Shown: positions 16,931 through 28,900 of the stretch, piece by piece
Position numbering within the stretch: position 1 is the stretch's first letter
How the letters are laid out: every line of letters begins with the position of its first letter
IMG/VR virus record: IMGVR_UViG_3300042446_001529
Location: 1-64,000 of that record
Strand: one strand, 5' to 3'
Source: a virus
Lineage: Duplodnaviria; Caudoviricetes
DNA length: 64,000 nucleotides
The notes under the pieces: model-generated
Told to the model about the DNA's origin: nothing
The model's database searches: none
The model's input: only the letters and a program-made list of their open reading frames with translations
Program-made: the position numbers and the translations under genes

Positions 16931-19900
16931 TGGCTGATAATACATTCCCTAAAAGCGGATTACCTATACGCAGATCAGTCGAACTACTACCTACAATTTT
17001 TCAAACTCCTACCAACGATAAATTTTTATCTGCAGTAGTTGATCCGTTGATTCAGCCTGGCGTGTTGGATAAAGTAGTAGGTTATGTAGGTCGTAGATAT
17101 GACAAAACCTACAATGGCAATGACGTGTATGTTGATACAGATGCTACTTTGAGAAGCAGCTATCAGCTTGAACCTGGAGTCATATTTAGAGATCAGGATA
17201 AAATAGAAAACTTCTATGACTACATAGATGTTAAAAATCAACTGAAATTTTTTGGAAACTCTATCGAACGCGATGACAAGCTGGCTGATCAAACGCACTA
17301 CACATGGAATCCTCCCATAGATTGGGACAAGTTCATAAACTATCGTGAATACTATTGGGAACCATTGGGCCCCCGCAGCATTAATATTACTGGTCAATCT
17401 GCGGATATAGTCAGCACATATAAAGTTGTGTTAGGCACAACAAAAAATTCCTTTGTGTTTAGTCCTGACAGCTACACAAATAATCCTACGCTAACTTTAT
17501 TCCGCGGTCAAACATATAAATTTAAAATCAATGCCCCTGACGAAGGCTTTAACTTACGCACCAATTTTGATTCCGGCTCACTACTGTTTCGACCCAATCA
17601 ACCGTATCGTGCAGGAAGTTTTGCTGTGTATGATTCAAAATTATGGAGAGCAATTCGTGATGTGTCTGTTTTAGATGCCAGTTCTATTGCCATTGATAGT
17701 CAAGATTGGCAGTTTGTTGAATCAGCTAACCAAGGCGCAGCACTTGCCTATGACAAGGGTGTTACAAACAACGGAATTGAAAACGGAACATTGACTTTTA
17801 CTGTGCCGTATGATGCACCCGATGTCCTTTATTATCAAAGCAACATCACTCCCGATGCATTTGGTAGATTTATCATTGCCGACATAGAAGAAAATACAGC
17901 GATTAATGTAGAACTAGAAATACTCGGAAAAACCACATATACCAGCGGCAATGCAGTGGAGTTTTCAAATGGAATGATTGTGGAATTCAATGGCAAAGTC
18001 ACCCCCTCGAAATATGCCAAGAACACGTGGTTGGTAGAAGGAGTAGGCACGGCTATTACCTTAACACGATTCAACGATCTAGTTGTGCCGAGATTAAGCA
18101 CAGACGTTCCTGAAATATTATTCGACAACGAAGGATTTGACACTCAGCCGTTTGATGATGCCACTGAATATGCTGCATTTAAAGATTATATCACTATTGC
18201 TAGAAACAGCCTAGACAATAATCCGTGGAGTCGATATAATCGCTGGTTCCATCGGTCAGTGTTGGAAAAAGCCTACAAACTACGAGGGCAAGATTTTCCA
18301 GCCGCAGAAACTTCCAGAGCCAAGCGGCCCATAATCGAATTCCTGCCTAATCTACAACTAGTTAATCACGGAACCACGGCAAAAATGTCTGTGGATTACA
18401 TTGATACAAATACTGCCGATGTGTTTTCAACCATTGAAGGATCAACAGGCTACAGCGTAGACGGTGAATTTTTATTCAACGGTGCAAGAATTTTAGTGAT
18501 AGCAGACACTGACAGATTAGCAAACAACAAAATCTACACAGTGCAATTTATCACACATACCAATTCAAAACAGATACACTTGCAGGAAACTGAAGATACA
18601 GAATCAATACTCGGACAAGGAGTAGTTGTTACCAGAGGTAACAAAAACAAAGGATTGATGTATCACTTTGATGGTGTAAATTGGGTAGCTAGCCAGAAAA
18701 AAACCACAGTCAATCAGTCACCATTGTTTGATGTTTTTGACAGCGATGGAATAAGTTTCGGTGATACCACAACGTATTCCGACACAGAGTTTTTAGGTTC
18801 GCATCTCCTTAGCTATAAGCCCGGGAATGGTAGAATTGACAGCGAGTTAGGTTTTAGACTTAGTTATCTCAATATAGATAATATTGGAGACATCGAATTT
18901 AATTGGAATTGGGAAACACAAACATTCAGGTATAGTGTTGATAGAAAGCCTGTGACACAAAAAATTTCCACTGGTTTTTATAAACTGGGATCTGATGTGT
19001 TTGCCAACGGTTGGCAGAAATTAAACAACACATATATCCAACCAATAATTGATAATCTCATAGTAGACACTGATACTGATACCTTGACATTTAACACGGT
19101 GAAATGGGATAGTCTCACAGCTGATCCTGAGATAAATTTTTACCTCAACGGAAACAGATATTTAGGTAATTGGACTCGAAGTCGAAACGTATTTGTATTC
19201 GATAAAACATTTGCTGCCAAAGATGCTGTGGTAATCAAGATCATTGCTGATATAGAACCTGATCAAGGATATTATGAAATGCCAATAGGCATTGAAAAGA
19301 ATCCCCTTAACACAGCAATTCAATCATTCACACTAGGGCAAGCTACTAATCATATTGCCAGTGCGATAGAATGGGACAAAGAGTTTATTGGTGTTTTACC
19401 AGGAGTCAGTAATCTAAGAGATCTTCAAGATTATAGATATCATGCGTCGAGATTTTTAAAACACAGCGGTAATACACCGTTGGCAGTAATGACCTTGTGT
19501 GACAAAACTCATAACATAGTCAAAGCTATACAATACGCTGAAAAAGAATATACAATTTTTAAAAATAATTTTTTACAGAAGTCCCTAGAAATTGATTACA
19601 ATGACACAGTAAATGATTTTGTAGATGACATCATCAACAGTCTTACCGCTGTAAAAACTGCACAGGACGCATTCTCAGATTCGGATATGATCGGAGCAGG
19701 AGCATTTACTGCGCTGACCACAGTGGTAGAGGACACAGGGATACGCACGTTTGCCCTGACACAGCCATTTGATCTTACAACTCCTAGTAGCAGAGCAGTG
19801 TATGTGTATAAAAATGACACACAGCTATTACATGGTGTTGACTATGTGTTTGATGCGACATTTAGCTTTGTGAAATTATTAGTGACACTGGAGTTATTAG

Positions 19901-22900
19901 ATGTCATAGAAATTAGAGAATATCTCAGCACAGCTACTAATCATATCCCTCCTACTCCAACCTCTATGGGTCTGTATAAAAAATACACTCCTACCAAGTT
20001 TCTTGATGACACATATCAAGAGCCTAGATATGTCATACAAGGTCACGACGGTAGTATCACAGCAGCGTTTGATGATTTTAGAGATGATCTATTGTTGGAA
20101 TTAGAATTACGTATCTACAACAATATCAAGCAGGAATATGATTCTGCGGTGTTCGACATAGATCAAATATTAGCCGGATACTACGAAGTAGGTGAATATT
20201 CTAAGGCTCAACTAGACGGCGTGATAGTCCAAGATTTTTTGAAATGGATACAAAATACCAATATCAATTATACCGTGAATGAATATTTTGACAGTGAAAA
20301 CTCATTTACGTATACCTATTCAAACATGTCCGACCCCACCAAGACCAAAAATATACCTGGTTGGTGGAGAGGAGTATATCAACATTTTTATGACACAGAC
20401 AGACCACATCGCTGTCCTTGGGAAATGTTAGGATTCAGTCAACAACCGGTCTGGTGGGAAGCCGAATACGGTGCCGCCCCTTATACCAGCAATAACTTGA
20501 TATTGTGGGAAGATCTTGAAGCCGGTATTATTCGCCAAGGCGTTCGAGCAGGTCGTTATGATAGATACAAACGACCCGGACTATCGTCGCACGTCCCTGT
20601 AGACGGCGACGGCAAGTTGCTGAGTCCGTTGGATTCGAATCTTGCAAAGGATTTTTCGTTGATTAATAATCGCGGACCTTTCGTGCTAGGAGATGTCAGC
20701 CCAGTTGAATACGCCTGGAGATCAAGTTCAGAATGGCCCTATGCGATAATCACAGCCATGTGCGTGATGAAACCATTCGAATATATTCCTGACAATTTTG
20801 ACAGATCAAAATTCTCCAAAAATAAACTAGATCAATATATAAATTCAGACACAGGATTGTTTGTGACTATTTCAGATGTTGCAAGACATGTGTCTGAAGC
20901 TAATAATATAGGCCTAGTGAGATATCTCACTAGTTACATAAAATCACAAGGCTTGCCTGTAGATAATCTACAGAAAAAAATAGAAAAATTAGATGTGGCC
21001 CTAAGTTTTAGAATGAGTGGATTTGTAGATCAGCAACAACAGAAATATCTACTAGACTCTAAAAATCCTTCTGCTACATCTAAAAGTATTTTCATACCTC
21101 CCGAAAACTATGATATCATATTCAATGTCAGCAGTCCAGTAACTACGATTAGTTACAGCGGAGTTCGATTGGAAAAAACTGGAGGCGGCTGGATAGTAGC
21201 AGGCTATGATGACATACATCCCTATTTCAATTATCATCAGCCACAGGCCAGCAGCAAAGATCCTGTAATTTCAGTAGGTGGCCTAAGTGAACCGTTTACA
21301 GACTGGGTCGAAGAAAAAAATTACAACAATGGTATATTAGTAAGATATCAAAGCAATTTTTATCGTGCGTTGAAAACACATCGCAGTACCAATGACTTTG
21401 ATCGAAGCCAATGGCAGAAATTAAGAGACGTTCCTAAAATAGGTGCAGTCGAAGCACTGAGAAGACGAATATTTAATACTATCACAGTTCGGCAGATGAG
21501 CTACGGCACATTGCTAACCAGTATACAACAAGTGGTAGATCTGTTGTTAGGTTATGACAGCTATCTTAAAACACAGGGTGTCGTATTCAATAACTATGAT
21601 CCTCAGAATGCTACCAGTCAAGATTGGTTAAGTGCTGCTAAAGAATTCATGTTCTGGACCAAACACAATTGGGAACCTGGTGCAATTATAGCTTTAAGCC
21701 CTTCGGCGCAAAAATTAGAAATTAATGTGCCTGTAGGGACACCAGATAATCTCTTAGACGGATTCTATGACTATCAGATACTCAAAGGTGATGGCACAGT
21801 ATTGCCTCCTAGATTTATTAACGTTAACAGAAGTTTTCAGAATTTCAAATTAGAAACAACAAATACCACCGACGGTATATATTATGCACGGTTACATTAT
21901 GTTATCAAAGAGCATGTGACTGTATTTGATGATCGCACAGTGTTTAATGATATTATCTATGACAAGACCACAGGATATCGGCAAGGGCGCATAAAAATGC
22001 AGGCCTTCCGTACAGTGGATTGGGACGGAGACTACACTAGTCCGGGATTTTTATTCGACAATGTTGATATACAAGTTTGGCAACCTTTCAAAGATTACAA
22101 ACTAGGGGACATCGTATCTTACAAGTCATACAATTGGACCAGCTTAGTTAACCAACTAGGTTCGGAAAACTTCATCGATGCAACATGGGCTAAATTAGAT
22201 TCCACCCCTGTTAAGCAGCTGGTATCTAATTTTGATTACAAAATAAATCAGTTCAGTGATTACTTTGAAACTACATCGCAAGGTATAAATCAAAGTCAAC
22301 GCGAACTTGCTAGACATGCTATAGGATATCAACAGCGAGATTACCTGCAAAATCTAGCAGAAGATTCTGTGAGTCAATTTCAACTATATCAAGGATTTAT
22401 CAGAGAAAAAGGCACAGCAAACAGCATAACCAAGATATTTGATAAGCTGAGTAGATCTTCAGCAGGCAGTGTTACTCTCAATGAAGAATGGGCATTTAGA
22501 CTAGGACAGATTGGCGGCACAGATCAGTTTACAGAAGTTGAAATACAGTTGGAAAAAACTAAATTTAAACTGAATCCTCAGTTGCACATTTCTAATCTCT
22601 CAGTGAATTCTAAAGTTGTAGATTCATTCTATCGTATCACTGCCAACGATTTCACTATTGCTCCTGTGCCCTACACAGTGGATTTTTTACCTACCACGAC
22701 ACAGACTGAGCCGGTGTTTACAGCTGGTTACGTGAGTGCCGGCCAGTATCAACATGTTATTCGAACCCTGAATGATTTAACTACTTTGGCCATCGACACA
22801 GTCAATGAAGCTGATCATATCTGGGTGACGTTCTATCAAGATTCGTGGCAAGTTCTACGAGTAAATGAATCGGCGCTGCTTTACGTAGTGTCGGTAGCTA

Positions 22901-25900
22901 GACCAGATGATACCACGGTGATACTAACACTCAATCGTCCACATGCTATAGCAGTTGATGACTACATAGGCATTCGTGAAATTGCAAATCTGCAAGGATT
23001 TTTCAAGATCACTGCGGCGACAAACACAACCGTAACAATCACAGTAAACGCAGATATAGATGATCCTGAGATAGACACTAGCACCACAGCTAATTTACAG
23101 TTGTTAACTCCATCAAGATTTTTTGATTATTCTAGTATAGATCAACGGTCTGCAGCACTACTAAAAAATAAATCTTTGGTCTTTGTTGATAACAATAGAA
23201 ATGATCAATGGGAAGTTATTGAAAAGAATAAAACTTATTCAGCAAAAAATATAGACGGTGCTGGTATATCTAATCCGTTAGGGTTAGGCACTAAGGTTAT
23301 ATATGACAATACTAATAAGCACACAATTGTTGCCATACCTCAGTCGGGTTTTGTAAATGTGTATGTAGAAACAGATAACGGTCTTTCGTTAAAACAGATC
23401 ATAGCACCGCCGGTAGGTTTCTTTGAAACAGCATTGGGATCGTTTGGCGAAAAAATGGCAGTTAGTCCGGACGGCAAATATCTTGTAATAGGTGCTCCCA
23501 CAGCCAGCGGAGTAACTAGTAGATATCGAGGCGAGTGGGCCGTGGATGTGTTTTATGCACAGGACGATATTGTCGTATATGGCGGTAGATTATATAGAGC
23601 TCTGAACGCCAACACAGCGGCTACTGATGGAAGTTCAGAAATAGCTATAAATTCAGATGACTGGATGCCACATTCCACTGTCATTCCTGCACAGACAACA
23701 GCAGGAAATTTTGGATACTATCAGCAGGGCATGGTTGCGGTCTATGAATTTGTCAGCGGAAGATATGTTAATGTCACAGCATTCGTGTCACCGAGACCTG
23801 CAGACAATGAAAAATTTGGTTCTGAAATTGTCATCGGTGTAAACGGATCTGAATATTATTTGGCAGTATCTGCTGTGGGATCTTATAACAACACAGGCAG
23901 GGTATATCTCATCAAGCGCACAGGAACAGAGTGGACACATATGGAAAACCCTTTGTATAAAGGCATATACAACCTATCTGATTCCTACAAGCAAGATGAT
24001 ATAGTATGGCAAGCAGCGCAAGATCCCATCTTAGAAACAGCACGTGGCAATTTATGGCAGAGTCTAGACGGATCAACCTCGGATGGCAGCACCATCACTC
24101 TCGATTCACAAAATTGGCTCAAAGTCAGCGACATATCAACACACTGCTCTCTACCAACAAATATCTCTGTGGAAGATGATGGTTCCACACAGGAGTTTAC
24201 AACCACTGGACTGTTAACCAACACTCAGAAAGCAGAACTAGTCAAGCAAGGAGATCAGTTTGGGTTTTCTATGGCCATGAGTGGCGATGGAAATATTTTA
24301 GTTATAGGTGCCCCAAACAGCGATGGACAATATTTTGCAAACTATCGAGGATTATGGAGACCAGACGTTGAATATGTCGAAGGAGAGACTGTAAGATTTC
24401 AAGGATCACCTGGCACAGCATATCAATATTATCAATTAGGTGACACATTTGACAGTACAGACAGCACATATCGCAGTTATAATGAAGATCCATCTGCTAG
24501 TGTTAATTGGCATCAGGTAGGAGACAGCACTACTACACCTAGCGGTAAGATTTTTGTATATAAAAAAACTGCATACGATTCCTATGAATTTGTTCAAATG
24601 ATCAATGCTGGCACACTGTCGTCGTTCACCGACATAGATTCTGGGTTAGTGATTAGTACTGGGGATCAGTTTGGATTTGCTATGGATTTAGATGCCAATG
24701 GAAATACACTAGTAGTTTCTAGTCCTAGATCAGATGTAAATTATCAAGATCAGGGCGCAGTATATGTGTTAGAATTAGATCAATCAACAACAGAATTCCG
24801 AGTGAAACAGCGTTTACAAAGTTATGAAATCTATGCTGATGAATATTTTGGTTTTGCCGTATCGGTGAGTCCAGACAGTTCTAAAATAGCAGTCGGTGCT
24901 AGAAATACAAAAACGCCTTTCTCTATCAATTTTGATCTACTGGAAGGCACAACATTTGATAATGCAAGAACAAGATTTTATATTGATCAAGGATTTACTG
25001 GTGGTGTCTATGTGTTTGACAACAAAGATCAAATATTCTTTCTTACAGAAAAACTGGACAGCGATCTACAGACAGACGAATCATTTGGACACAGCATAGA
25101 CTGTATAGGTTCAAAAATACTAGTAGGATCACCTTATTATAAAAACACATCTACCAAAGCATATCAAGGCATAGCACGTCTGTTCACAGCTAGTGCAGAT
25201 GCAAGTTGGACTGTGCTTACAAGCCAACGACCATTGGTAGATTTAAGAAAAATTAAAAAAATTGAACTTTATGACAATGTAAACAATGTAAAAATACAAG
25301 ACATAGATTTCGTCGATGCAGCTAGAGGAAAAATTCTTAATATAGCTGAGCAAGAAATCAAGTATAAAACACCATACGATCCTGCGGTGTATTCAGTAGG
25401 CACGGATGAAGTGGTAGTGGATACAACTATAAACTGGTTAGAAAAAAATGTAGGAAAATTATGGTGGAATACCAGCACTGCAAAATTTCAATATGCAGAA
25501 CAAAAAGATTCTGCTTATAAAACAGGAAATTGGAATCAACAGGTGTTGGGTTCGAGTATAGATGTGTATGAATGGGTTGAGACGGTGTTGTTACCTAATG
25601 AATGGGCAGCGTTGGCAGACACTAATGCAGGACTGGCTCAAGGAGTTAGCGGGCAACCATTATATCCCAACAATGATGTTTACAGTGTGAAATTTTTCTT
25701 TAGCCCAACTACTGGACTTGTCTCAGAAACATTATATTATTATTGGGTAAGAAGCAAAGCCGTCACACCCAGCAATATGCCAGACAGAACAAAATCAGCT
25801 GCTGAGGTGGCCGGATTAATTGCAAATCCAGCAGGATCGAATCTAGCTTTTGTTGCGTTGATAGAATCCAATAAATTTCTCACATATAATTTTAAAACAA

Positions 25901-28900
25901 TCATGCAGTCTGATACAGCGTTGTTGAATCTACAAATTAACAACAGCTTGGAATCACCGAGACCAATTCACAACGAATACCAATTGCTTACAGAAGGAGT
26001 GGCTGATAATTTACCATCTCCGAAATTAGAAAACAAATGGATTGACAGTCTTGTTGGTTCGGATATCGCAGGAAATAAAATTCCTGATATCGATCTTCCA
26101 GCTAAACAAAAATACGGTATACAATATAGACCTCGACAGACCATGTTTGTCGACAGATTGTTAGCATTACAAATCGTTATAGAATACATCAATGATATAT
26201 TACTAAATGAAACTTTTGCAGAAATCATAGAATATACTAATTTAAATAAAGTTGATACAGCTCCTAGTGATAAATTGAATCTTTATGACATTGCAGTAGA
26301 CACTGAAATAGATCTACAGACAGTGGGAACAACCAATACCAAACGTGCTGTATTGCGTGGTAATTTAATCAACGGTGAATTAGACACAATAGATATAATA
26401 GATCCGGGATATGGATACAAGCCTAAAGAATTATTCGATCAAGAACAACCTGGAATTTATATTGGTCCCCCGGTGATCATCACCGGTGATGGATTGAATG
26501 CCACAGCAGTATGTCACATTGATGGACAAGGCAGAGTAATAGCTGTGGTAGTTACCAATCGTGGTAAAAAATACAGTGTGATCAAGGTCGAGGTGAGATA
26601 TTTTTCTGTGTTAGTAAACAATGATGCAACGCTGAATAATTTCTGGAGCATTTATTCTTGGGATGATTTACGCAAGACATATTTCCGTAGTAGATCACAA
26701 GCGTTTGACACAACAGCATACTGGAATAAAGTAGATTGGGTTAGACCAGGATACAGTGATAATCTACGTGTTGTTAAAGAATATTCTAACATTTATGAGG
26801 TCATAGATAGCCTTGTAATGATCGGTGACATTATCAAAGTCAAAGAATATGCTGCAGGCGGATGGGCTAAATTCCAAAAAACTCAAGAAATAGGTCAAAC
26901 ATTTTTAGACAAGTATCTACTAGTTGGTAGACAAAACGGTACAATACAAATAAATTCTTCATTGTACGACACTGGTGTAACTGGAGTCGGGTTCGATAAT
27001 ACACAACCATTTGACACTACAACCTATGACATAGAAAATTCGCAAGAACTTAGAAATATTTTTGCAGCAGTAAAAGAAAATATTTTTGTAGGAGATTACG
27101 CAGTAGAATGGAACAAATTGTTTTTTGCTTCGATACGACATGTGTTCAGCGAACAGCAGTATGTGGATTGGGTGTTCAAAACCAGTTTCCTAAATGCCAC
27201 CCATAATATTGGCACACTAGCAAGCCCGCCAAATTACAAAAATGATAATCTATCAAGTTATCAAGAATACATCAACGAAGTTAAACCATTTAGAACCACA
27301 GTTAGAGAGTATATCAGCCGTTATGACCAACCAGAAACATATGCATCGTCGGCGGTTGATTTTGATCTTCCACCGTCATATTCAATCTTTGACGGCCGTG
27401 CTAATCCTGTTAATGCATCATCAACAGAAATATCACAGTATCCGTGGAAATGGTGGGCAGATAATAAAGGCTACGCAGTCACAGCTATAGAGGTATATCA
27501 GCAGGGCACAGAATACTTAACTCCACCTAGGGTGTTGATAGAAGGAGATGGAATTGGTGCCACCGCTAGAGCATTTATTTCAAATGGTAGAGTGTCGGGC
27601 ATACAGATGTTAACTCAGGGTTCAGGATATCTTAAAGCACCAACAGTGACATTGGTAGGAGGAAATCCATCTACTGCTGTACAGGCCAAAGCCACTGCAA
27701 TCATAGGAAATTCTCAAGTGCGTATGTTTGATGTCGCTTTGAAATTTGATAGACTCTCGGCCAACGGCATCTATGAAAATTTTTCGCAGACACAGACATT
27801 CATTGCCGGCGGTAGTAGTGCTGTATTCTTTTTAAATTATGCACCAACTAATGATAAAACTCGAATCAAGGTAACTAGAAAAATATCTGCCACACAAAAA
27901 ACACAGGTTGTGTTGGCTAGTGACTATCAGATATCTCTGTATTATCAACCCACAGGTGGTTATAATTTACTTCGTGGAAAACTGACATTTAATACTGCAC
28001 CAACTATAAATGATGAAATCACAGTGATCTATGACAAGAACATTTTGTTATTAGATGCTGTGAATAGAATAGAAAAGTCCTATAACCCAAAAACAGGCAT
28101 GATAGGCAAGGAACTAAACCAACTCATGACTGGTATTGACTTTGGTGGCGTAAGAATACAAGGCACTACATTCGATGTCACTGGTGGTTGGGATGCGCTA
28201 CCTTGGTTTACTGATAGTTGGGATTCAGTAGAGCTCAGTTCAGATTATTACCATGTAGCGGACGGCAGCACCGTCTCGGTGACGTTACCATATATACCAG
28301 CAGCTGGGCAGCAAATCAACATATATATCAAACGTAAAAACACAAACATCACAGTGCGTGTAGATGATGAAAATTATTCATCGGCACAAGATTCTAGCAC
28401 AGGTGTTAATCCTGCAGCAGAAATGCCAACGTTTGTAGGTGATGGGGTAAATGCTGTGGTATTAATAGGGCCGTATCTCAGCACCCAAGATGGTGATATC
28501 CTTATTTTCCGTCCGATAGACAGCGACGGATCTGTGGTAATTACAGATGATAACATATTAGATACCAAACTCAGCGGCGGATCGTTGTCAGCTATTAGTT
28601 CTGCTTATGCCACTGCCACCGGTGCAACTGCAGAAGAAATTGCTATTACAGGTGGAAAGTTCATTGACAAAGATAACATTCCGGCGCCTGAAGAAAATAT
28701 ACCAGGACAGGTAATAGACAGTGTTTCGATAAAAGTATACAACAACAAAACATCCGGAGCAGCTGCGTTACAATCAAAGATTACTATTTCTAATGGTCAA
28801 GACACTGTGTTTGCTATAGGTCAGACAGTTTTAGAAAATTCCTCAGTGTTTGTTTATGTTGATAACACTGCAAAAGCGTTGAATCAACATTACACTATAG